Below, in pieces: positions 38,201 through 50,200 of a stretch of 64,000 nucleotides of DNA. The position numbers and the translations under genes are program-made. Within the stretch, counting starts at the first letter, position 1. Each line of letters starts with the position of its first letter. Source of the DNA: Tubiluchus corallicola (Eukaryota; Animalia; Priapulida); assembly GCA_030141605.1 (NCBI GenBank), contig JAQGDQ010000209.1, positions 1 to 64,000 of the forward strand. Direction: 5' to 3'. The notes beneath the pieces are model-generated. The model was not told where the DNA came from, made no database searches, and saw only the letters and a list, made by a program, of their open reading frames with translations.

Positions 38201-41200
38201 ATAATTAAACATAATTTAGCAGTTTTTACACTACAGCTTTGCAGTAATTTTTAACTAAATTTGTAATCTAACCAAATAACTAATTTTAAAAGTAATAAAG
38301 GAATATACATACATTATTTCCCCCAAATCATGAGCTTTCTAGACACACGACACGACAATATTTTGACGCCTAAAAATTGTCTTGTGTTAACAAAATTCAG
38401 TCCACTCAACCAGATCAGGATTAAAAATCGCCACTAGGTGGCCAAAGCAAACAACAGGAGAAGATTCCTAAGTATGCTAAATTCCTAGTACATTAACGCT
38501 GAATTGAAGTTATACTTGAGCAGGTCTCTAGGTACTCAAGGTACAGTTTTGTTACTTTGTAATATGCAGCGAGCATTATTCATTTGAGTTTGTTTAGTGT
38601 AATGTGCAAGCTTAAATCTCTGTGTAGTTGTGTACTAATATTTGTTTTGCTTTTAAGTTATTTTTAATTTGAATGATTAATGTTTATAAGATATTCGCTC
38701 ATTATCTGCTAGATCACAATGTAGGAGTGATTATTGTAAACATTTTTAAGAATATCAACATGGTTAGAGCATGGTTACCAATTTTATTTTTTATTTGTGT
38801 TACAGTTGATTTTTAAGTTAATCTTCTGTGCAGTGTATGCCTTTGTGCCTTTTTAATTTCGTAAAATACTGTGTTGTTGTGTCGTAAAATAATGAAGACA
38901 TGGTAACTTCCGGCAGAATTTTGGTAATATTTCGAAAAAATATTAGAAATGTGGCTTAATACTCACTCTTTTTTGATTCAAATAAGTCAGGTCAGCTAAT
39001 AATTAAAATTGTGTATGAAAACAATTCTTCCACACCGAGTATTATTATTTGAAATTAGTAAACTTTCAAGGTTATTTAAGCTGGACTCTCATTCACCTGA
39101 AGTTGGTTGTTTTCCTAAAGCTTACGCGCAGCGATATTTGAGTAGCTAGCTTGCAATATAATTTTATAAGCACATCAGTTTTGCCCTGATGCCGCTCTCG
39201 TTCTAGTTGTTGTTCATATAATAAGTTTTTTGGCAATACATTACAATACAATACAATACAATACAATAATTGCAAAAAGAAAACTGCTTTTATCTTAAAA
39301 AATAGAATAAGAAGTTACTGTATTGTCAATTTATACAGACACTCACAGCATTGTAAAAGGAAAACAACTTTTGTTAAAACTTTAAAGTATAAAATGTTAA
39401 AAAAATGTCTCCAAAAGTTTCGACTGCAGCTTGCAGTCATTTTCAGACATAGACTACGCAAACAAACAATCAGTTTTATAGGTAGAGCCTCTATACAGTA
39501 CAGAAACTATAAAACTGGTTGCTTGTTTGCTATCACTGAAGATCACTGCTAATCCTACTTTTCTAGGATAAAATGGATTCTATGTCAATACTAGGTAGCG
39601 TTTAAACAGTATATTCAGGAAATTGATTCCATTGTAACACGAGTATCTTGCAGTTACGCAGAAAAAAATCAATAACCAAGCAACTCAATGCTTTGCATTC
39701 CAGACTAGTACTACAATCATGTGTATAAAAATATCCTTTAGGCATTGTTTTCATAATTTTTGTTAGGATGATTCACGAATTAAAATACATTGGGAAAATG
39801 GATCGCTGTGGACTGATGCTCGTATTCCGTCGATTATATCTCGTTTGAAAATATATCCCACAACAGCAAATGACAGAGGCTGGTACAGGTGAGCAGCCAT
39901 CAGTAATAAGCCTTTTTACAGTTTCAGTGATTGATGATGATCATGAAAAGGTCAAAGGTTAAGTGTACCACTTAATGCGTTTGCATCTTGACAACGCCTC
40001 ACAGCCCATGATATTTTAATAGTAACAGTTTTAACAGCTAGCTTGAACCTTATCTAGTTCATATTTTCTTGTTCCCAAGAAATTAGGTAAATCACTCTAT
40101 GTACAGACTAACGCATAATTAAGTAAAACCCAAGTAAAACAACTGAAGTTACAGAACCGATATGGTATACGGTTTTGCTTTACCATCATGTCACGTGTCG
40201 GTTGTAGTTAAGACGCATTACTTGGGTGCACTGAACCTTTGATCACGATGACACTGTGAAAAGGCTTATTTATCCACAAGTAATTTTCTTTTTCACTTTT
40301 CATGTTAGAGATACTTTGCTACTGTTCCATTAACAGCTATTATCAGCTACTAGTGATTTACACTACCAATGGACTATTTGCATTATGACAAAAATACTTC
40401 GTAAAGTTTGAAATAGTTTATTAGGGGTTAACTAATTTTGTCCATGTTTTAATATAAATTGCGTACTTTTGATAATGGGGCCATTTCAGCATTTGCAATT
40501 ATTGCGGCAAGCAAAATGTTCAACTTTTATTTGTAATTTTCATTCATAATTAGTGTTGATTTAATTTGTGTTTTGCCTTATTTTGCTATACAGTTCACTA
40601 TATGTATTTTGATATTGTAATTTCATTAATCATTACTGCTATACTGATGGTTTAGTCACTATCAAAATTGAATTTAAATTGAATTCAAACATTTTAGATG
40701 CAGTTTCGTTTACTGATTTGGCATGTTCATATTGCAGTATTAGTGTCTTATTGAAATTTTAACATTTTGAATATTTCTTACTTTATGTGTGTGAGTTCAA
40801 TAGCAAATTTGTTTCTTGCAGATGCACTGGTAAAAATGATGCAAATACTATACTGGAAGAACACGACTTGAATCGAATTTACCCACCTTATTACAGAGAC
40901 AATGAGCTTGTTGTTTATTGTACGTACTTTGATTAAAAAGACATTTCCTTTTAAATTTCATTGTTTTTCATGCATCTTGCAAGCAAGTTTGCGTGTTTAT
41001 AATGTTAAGAAAGTCAGTATAGAGTATACACTAATATATAATTGCTACTTTGTGTATTGGACTTGGAGTTGTCAGACGCAGACCAAACCTTAATATATAC
41101 ATAAAATCACCCATACCCCTAGCTTATCAGTCTCTTTATTTGCCCCAGGCACTTCAAAAGTGGTATAGCTGAACCTCCTTATGTGGCTTTATTTACTGGT

Positions 41201-44200
41201 TTCTAAATATAAGTGTAGAGTAGCTTTGTCGCGAACGCAGACTAGAATTTATTAGTTTTTCATTGTTATTTTGTAAATATATTTAATTTATAACCTTGTA
41301 GCACTTTGTAAAAAGTTGTAATTTTAGATATATGTGGGAAAGCGATTATTGGGCGACTGAAAACCCTAGTTTACATTTATTTCCACATTTCGTGAGGTGA
41401 AAAATGCATATGAATTGAATTTGTTGATAGTGAAGTTCTAGGTGATTATACTGTTTACTACCAACAGAAAACAAGAACGATAGATTTAAAATATGTGCTC
41501 AGTTATTCAATGATTTAACACATACATTTGAATACTATGGTATTTAAAATGATTGATATTAGACAAAAAGACAACAATTACATGATTAATGGAAATGTTA
41601 TGATTAAATACAGCTAATGCTACATTATGAAAGATCTACAGCTAATGCTACGTTATTAAAGTTAAGGCCACTGCTACGTTATGAGAGTGTTACATGTAAA
41701 TGAACATGAATGAAAAGAGCTACGATTATTAGATTAAATACAGTGTAACAACTACCTAGTTCTTGCCCTGGATCTTCCTCGATAATGAGGAGGTGAAGTG
41801 ACATGACTCATGGTATGTCACCCCAAGCTAGTTAGAAATTTTTTTGGCAAGATTACAACTATATATAGATTCTGAGAAGGAAGTCTATATGCAAGTGATT
41901 ACACGATTGGACATTAGTGATATTACTGATTAGACATGAATCCAAAACTAGTTTAGGCAAATTACATACTTCAACCTTTGCATAGAGTTAAACACGGGCG
42001 CTGGGAGGCGGACGAACTGACGCACGTGCGTCCACAGAATTTCTTAAATTAAAAAAATATGGCTAAATAAAATTTTTTAGCAGTAAACCAAGAAACACAA
42101 CAATCCTTGTTTGTTTGCGCAATAATTTTAAACTAGTGAACTTGCCAGGGGAAGTAGCCTCCAGCAACTGCAAAATGTCTAGCGTAAGTCTACGTAGCAG
42201 AATTTAGATTCATTTGAGGCTTTCAAAGTTTGCTTAGATATGGGAAAATGCGTTGGTGGCTGGTGCTCCACCCCAGATCCCAATGGGGGAGCTTCCAGTG
42301 CTCCCCCTGACCCCCTAGCTGCTTGTGTGTCAAATTTTCTAAACTCTAGCGGCACCCATGGAGTTAAATGTATACACGTGTACTATGAATATGAAACAGG
42401 TTTGCAAGGGCAGATCCATTCAAACATGAATAAACACTTTTACTCGAGAAGCGCCATACTAGCGTGGTTCTCGACAAGTTACATGAACTTATTAATATAA
42501 AAACAATTATTCTTGTATCAGAATTTAGTGTAATGTTAATACCAAATGTAAAGTTCTCAGACAGGGGAGTAATCCTTGTTAATATTCCAAATGTGAAATT
42601 GAAACTTTAGTCCCCATAGTTCATCAGACCTTGTACTTTATCTCGGGCGCTTCGGGCAAGTGGTGATTGAAAAATGGACGGGATTGAAAAATGACCAGAA
42701 ACATCGTGTCGTAAATGTGCAGGCCAGGCAAATATCTAAAACTACAAAACGTAGTGTAACAGATACATGGAGTAGTGGTCATGGCATGAACCGGTTTGAC
42801 TTTTGCAATGGCCGGTTTCGTTTGCCGTGCTGATTCTGGCTATTCACCTCTCAGAGGGAGTATGTATTCACATCCTAATATGACAGAGATGTCATTTAAA
42901 TGGCTAATCTTAGAGGCACAATCTTGAGTCAGATCCACGGTCTTCCCACTACGTCCAGATTTGGGTAGGACCAGCTGTTGAATGTTTGGATGGCTTTTGG
43001 ATTTGAAGTCTGGGTATATACATTCCCGCTATTTTATTAATGCTTTGTAAGGAAATTTCTATTTGTTTTGTTAACAAATAATTCATAAAAACTAGAGAGC
43101 ACCTAAATTACGGAACTCAACAATTTAATATAAGTGAGAATTACAGTTAACTTTTTTGTAAAATTACTATACCAGCTGTGCAAAATTAACTATTTTAAGT
43201 TGTTGCTTTTAAGTAATGAACATTTAACAATTTTATTTGTTTACGTTCTGAGTGCAAGTTTTCTGATAGCTACTCTGTCTGGTCAGCACTGATTTATTAG
43301 CTACTCTGTCTGGTCAGCACTGATTTATCTTAACTAATTAAAAGTGATTTTTTTTTTGCAGTTAAGCCTAATATAATTGACACCATTACCCAGTATTATT
43401 CATGGATAGACAATACTGTTAACATTTCTTGCTTTGCTGAGGGTGAGCCAAAACCATCAGTTAGATGGTATTTTAATGAAAAACCTGTGGAAATTGATGG
43501 TATTTACTACAGGCAGTTCGGCACTGGACCATTGAGTTTTCTTCAGGCAAGTGTAGCCTTATTTTTTCTCAATGCAAAATGAGGCATATAGTGATTAGTT
43601 TAGTTTGTTGTAATGCAGTATTGTCATTAATTTATCCAACATCTAATGTATCTATTGCACCTTTGGTTTCTTTAAATTGTGGTTGTATTCGGTTTGCCTA
43701 TTTTTAGTTAATGAATTGATTAGTAGACAAGACTACACTGGTCTTTTCCAGGCAAGGGACAAATACTTGAAAGAATGCATCACAGCGTTACTGAGTATTT
43801 TAAGGGCTATCATCCGACCTGTAGTATGTAACCCCCTGTGTGACACTATAAATACAAAGAAAATTTTACTTAAAGGCTTATTAATTGAGTGATTCATTAT
43901 TTTACTAACACTGCCAAAATCAGCAGCCACAAATTATGCATTGTTTGGATAATGGTCAAGCAGCCAGCAAAAATAAAAATTAATAAATGTAATATAGACC
44001 TTCTAACTCTTTCACACGTTAGGCATGTGTCACACGCAATTTAAGTGTTTCTCATGTGCACACGCATTGATGTTCAGTTCTCTTGCATTCCACAACTTCA
44101 CATGCAAATTTGCAAATCACCTGGCTTGAATGTCTTCCTTTGCTACCAGTTTCAAGCACAACATAATTAGTAATAGTACTTTCAATAATACGTTACTGTT

Positions 44201-47200
44201 CATGAATATCGATCTACATTACTCGAAAAGGTATTACAACTTTTAAAAATTAAGTTAGAGGTTAAGGTTAGGTTAAGCTTTTTTTATGTGCACAAAAGAA
44301 ATTATATTTATATATAAAGCTTGGATGAACTCCAATACCAACATGCTCACTGGCACCTTAAAATTACCCTAATATTTTATTCTTTGCCCTAATTTTTTGA
44401 TAATTTTATTTTGATACCCAAAAAACAAATTTCTGGTGCATCATTTGCCCCCCTGGACACCTGCTAAGGATTTAACGTTTTCCATGTTTCACGCCCATTT
44501 TTACTTCGAATGGTTGGCAACTCTGTAATCGGTTGGTCAGCCTCCTTAGTAGCTGTTAGTCAGCAGTGTTGCATTGTTGATTTCAAAAATATTTTACATT
44601 TTGTTTCAGATACAAACAAGAAATCCTTCCGAATTTGGTTGGTATGAATGCCGAGTTGAAAATACAAAGGGCACAGCCTTTTTACGCATTGAATTAATAC
44701 AAGCATGTAAGTTAGTGTATATTTAATTTTCTGCTTTGTCAGAATGAAGTGAATTTAAGGGAACATGGAAATAGTAATTTGACACTGTGTGTATGCTCAG
44801 CAGCAAAGTTAAGCAACATTGAACTTGGTTAGTAATTAGAAGGGACATCTAACCTAACCAATCAGAATGGAATAATAATGGAAGAATGGACAGAATGGAG
44901 AATAAAATATGAAGTGATTAAAGTATTATAATTGGTAGTGTGTTCGACTGATAAAGACTGTTTAGCATAGGCAAACCCAGGTAGGAATGTTCTTCGTAGC
45001 GCATCAGCACAATCTTATGCTTACTGACAAACTTAACAGATTACCTAATCAAACCTCACCGTACGTGATATAGATGCCAGCAAGATGGATATCAGTTGAG
45101 CTATAAATAATAAGGAATAAGAGTAAAATGAATATGTAGTTTATAACAGTGAATATTAATCATTTTTTTCTTTGTAGTTGCACCAGTTGATCCTCCCGAA
45201 GTAAAATTTCCTCTAGTAACACCTATAGCTGTTACCTTCGAAATCAAAGAACCTGAGTACAATGGAGGACTTCCTATCACTGGTTATGAAATCAAATATC
45301 GAATGGCTTTAGATGATAGTCAAAGCTTTCGTGAAGCAATTTTTCCTGCAGGTACGCATAAAATGAGTAATAATAGGCTTATGTCTTGTTTAATTTGATG
45401 TTACTAAAATTTGATTAGTAACCAAACAGTTTTGGAGCTTAATTCTGTTTCTGGATTGCAAAATATTGCATTTTTCCTCGTCTAGTAATTTATAAAGTCT
45501 TGTATAAAGTATATAAAGTATTGTGTAATTAATAAAGATTTAGAAACCTTTCATCTGTTTTGAACAATGTTTTTTCAATAGAGAAAATTTGATATGAAAA
45601 ATTTAACTTACTTGGCCATAATTAAACCATACATGCTATTTGTGGTGTCACGTGTCTTCAAATATTAAACAGCCAAACATGAATAGAGTTCTGAGCCTTT
45701 TTGTTCTGGATTTTCGTTTTCATAAAGAGTTTCAAACATTCATAGATAGAAATTTTTTAGTGTGTTATCGAACAAATTGCTGTTTGTCCTGCTATCTGCC
45801 GAAACGTTTTTCAGCTGGGCCATACGTACTTGGAGAATTGTCACCAGAGTCACAATACACTGTCATAGTAGCTGGAATGAATTTAGTTGGAGCGGGTGCT
45901 GAAACAAATCAAATGAGCGTCTACACACCAGTGGTATGAAAATTGTTACAGGACTATTGCTTTCTAATAAAATTATAATATACAGCCTGCCAGCATCTAT
46001 GCTTTTTAACACAACTCACAATGCCCCTGCTATGATGGGCGGTAACTGAGTGTCTTAACGACATCCCTCACTGTTTGATATTGCGTTAGAATGCAGGGAG
46101 ATCACAATGCTTTTGGACAGGTGGTTAAATCCGCTTAAATTATAATAAAAATTGAACAGCAACCTATAACACATTTGTACGAAACGTGTGTTGCAAAGAG
46201 AGCGCAAGTTATCATTAGTGATGAATGCCATCCTGGTAATAATTTTTTTTTTGAAATGCTTCTCTCTGGCTGTAGATACAGTTTACTTAACACTAAAACC
46301 ACAAGGACTTTAAACTGTTCCTATCCTGTTGCAGTTTGCACTATGAACAGTAAATTTCTGTGAATTTGCAATATGCTGTATATGGCTTATTAGCGCTTAT
46401 GTAATGACTGATTGAATTTGTGTTAATTTTCTTTTGTTGTAGTATGTATGTAAAACCATACAAATTTCATTATATTGTAATATAATGACAGCAAACTGCT
46501 TACTTGCTTACTTACTTTTTAATTTGTCATGTAGCTCTTTCAATACAAATTAGAGATTACACCACAGAGTAGCACCAAACTGCAAATCTACTTCTTAACG
46601 TAGATCTAAAACGTGAAAATATTGATATATAATTTAGCCAACTAAGATCTGGTCATTCGTCAATTGTTAGGCTTTTGTTTTCCTGCAAACAGCAGAATTA
46701 GTTTCTTGAAATTTCTGAAATGTGATTATCACTTTGGGAAGCTTTAAAATCTCTAAAATATATAAAAGAATGATAATGAATTACAGTGCTGACTGATTGT
46801 TATTATTCAAATACTGGGTGATGACAAACACAATGGGATTAAGAAATTGTATTTACAGCCTTGGCCAATTGGCTTGTCTGAGTCCTATAAATTGTATATT
46901 GTGTTTGTTATCACCCAACATGTGTTATATACATATAAAAATATTTAATGTAGGCCTAAACATTAATGATGAACTACTAACACAAGTGTCGATTTTATTT
47001 TATCATAAGTGTAAAAAGATAACCATCAGCTATTTACAATATAAAATTGATAACAATTTGATATGTCAAAATTTAATACTTATAACTTGCAAACCGTGCT
47101 AAAAGATACTCACTTCACACGTGTCCTTCAAATTCTGCAGTACAATAGTTCAATAGGAACACTGGAAAAATTGTCCCGTAACCTTCGTCATTTTTTAATT

Positions 47201-50200
47201 CAATTTTCATCTTTTTAGAAGACTACAATAGAACATTATTAATAACAGAATCAAAAATAAGTGGTGAAAAATGTTTACAATAGATAGATATAAAACTAGA
47301 GAAAGGATAGCGAAAAGACAATAAAGTCACCTAGTCTGCTATCTTTTACCAAATATAGAAAATGATCGTTAGACACTGGTGGGCATGACAACTAATGTTA
47401 TCATTTATGTGCGGACTGTTCACATTTTGTATTAGTGTGTTATATTTTTGTTGTCCAAATTTGTCCAGAATAACGTCTCCTAAACTAGCAGATCTTGTAG
47501 TTGAACTCAAAGACATGCCGTGTTTGTTGGACACAAGTTCTCTGCAGTACACTAGACACTTTATGACCCGTCACTTTACAGTTTCGTAGGTCATGGTCAT
47601 TCTTAAAAGCAGATTTCATAGTATAAAACATTGAAACTCGCAAAAAGTGGTCTGGAGTACACCGAGTGATAACTAAGGACACTCATCTGGCACAAGCACG
47701 ATGATGACAGAGAACAATACAGCAGATGATATTTTTTTATTATATCGTTTGTGCTTTCTATAAAAACTGTCCTGTGATATGTCTTATGGTACAAAACCTT
47801 TGGCAGTTAACCAATTAATTCTGAGACAACAAGAAGGCAGTCGTGTGATTACAACTAACGGACAATGAAGTCTTTTAGTAATAAGTACTTAGCTTTCATG
47901 TGATGTGAATAGTGTTACACAATTGCTTCCTAATTTATTAGCACATAATAACGATGTTAAACATTCTTCTCTTATTAATTTACTCTATGTGATGAACAAA
48001 AGCAACTACAGTCCATTTATCATTATTTTGTGAATTTTGGCTGATCATTATTATACAATTATATGCTATTATTAAATAGTTCTTTTTTTCATTTTATATT
48101 ATTTGATGAAAGTTAACAACACTAATCTGATCATTGCTTTTTGAAATTCTGACCGCTGCTGTAAATACTTACAGATGAGGGAGCCGTATGCACCAGAAAT
48201 AGTAGAAGATGAAATTATTATGTATGAAGATCGGTATCTTTTACTATGGAAAGAGCCAAACAGTGGAGGCAGGCCTATCGACCACTATGAAATCATCTAT
48301 GAACCTGTAAGTTGAACCCAATATTTATTGTATGGTCATCGCTCTCTTACATGGTCAGCTCAGTATGCTTTCATTTCATATCACAGCAAATCTAGCTAGT
48401 TTTCCACAAATTTTACAAACTGTTTTGGGTACATTCGAGTTTGTATTGGTGTCGGCTTTACACTTGACACTTTGTTGAACATAAGCTGCTTCGCATACCA
48501 GCAACTTGTGTGCAAGGAAGAATTTTAATATCAGCATAAAAATCAACGTTAGTTAATGCTGAGCATGTATGAAGAATTTTACTATCAGTGTATTATTGTT
48601 AAATTTTACTATCGTTAATTATTGTAAAACATTTATGAAGGATTTTATGGTCAGCATAAAAATTAACGTTAGTAAATGCTGATCATGTGTGAAGGATTTA
48701 AATATTACTGCTTTACTTAGGCAGTTCATAAGTTGCTACTGTAATGCCTTTTTGTAGACTTCAGTACACATTTTTAAGTAATTTGTACTCGAATATAAGT
48801 GGCTATAACATGATGGTATAGATGGTGATTCAGATTTTGGCTATTGAACAGTCTGAACTGCTCACTGTCCATTTGATGACATTGATTGATTGATTATATA
48901 AGGTGTCATAATATATTTCACATGTGGTAATGTTTATAAAAGTATGATGATCCTGAAAACAGTATAGTGTTGCTCTTGACTGTATGTATTTTATCACATG
49001 GTGGTGATGATGAATATGTCACTATTGTAAATAATTCTTACTGCAAGTTTTTTCCATTTTGAAAGGTGAAATTTCATTTTACAGTTTAGTATTGTTTTAT
49101 TCTGAATTATACACATATGGAGGCACTATAATGTTTTCAGTGCCTAGGGCTTCTTGAGATCTTAATCCGGTCCTGAGTTTAGATGTTTAATCTGTAATAT
49201 CTGTAATATAACTGAATTATTGCGTTAGTTGGTCGGAACTTTAATGTAAGCTTAAGATCTCGTTTTGCATGTTCAGCACAGTCGTGTTTGCATTTTAAAC
49301 TTTTGTTTTCCCATTCCTTCCTTATTGGACAAGTACAGTCTATTTACTCCATCTACATGGAGTAAGTGGTCGCCTTCAGCAACTTTGAAACAAGTATTTT
49401 ATGCTTATCTACTGATGCAAATTTTCTGAATGAAACAAAATAATCCTGTTTCAAAAAAAATTGCTAAATTGTTTTCCGAAATCACTAAGTGAAGAATGTA
49501 ACAAGACTATTTCAGACGAAAACAGGAAATGGTCAAAGTAAGATCATCCGGTTAGACCAAAATAAATAAGTAACTGAATCATTTTACTAAAGCTCAACAT
49601 TTGCATTATTTTAGATAAGATATTCAGATGGAAATCAAAAATCTGGATCTTGGAATTCCTTGGAACCACGAGTGACTGTTGCCATTAGAGCTCCTGCAAT
49701 TAGCTATATGATAAAGTACCTTTTTTCTGGTCAGACATATAGAGCTGAGATAAGAGCTAGAAACAGTATTGGCACCAGTCCTCCTGATCAACTGTTTTTT
49801 GAGACTTTGCCAGGTAAATTCTGGTTAGATAGCTTCTCTGGATAAGGTGTGATAGCCATTGTTATTTTCTGCAGTATTTTACTTATTGAAGTTTGCTGTT
49901 GCATTGTTCTTTGCTGGTGTAAGCTGCACTTTCTTGCATATTTTATAATTTTTCAATTTTGTAGTTCTGAAATTTTATATTTATTCTAGTAACAAGTATT
50001 AAATAGCAGGAACTATCACTTTTTTGTGTGCAAATAACTTTTTAAATAATTTTAGTTTTTGTTGCTTTTCACATAACTTTGGAATGGCATAATTAACTGT
50101 GTTTTAGGGAACAATCCATGGTCTCAACCAGTTCGAGCATCTGTGGGTTCCGGAGGTGTGATGGGCATCGTCATTGTCTGCATTATTTTTCTACTCGTAA

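Noticed and set aside
42620-42830. Kinase-like peptide YLGRFGQVVIEKWTGLK
   Set aside because: No VAVK, HRD or DFG motifs; the resemblance is too weak.
43268-43328. 31-bp tandem duplication near an acceptor (similar small duplications at ~26140..26262 and ~48510..48700)
   Set aside because: Ordinary local slippage duplications with no sign of function.
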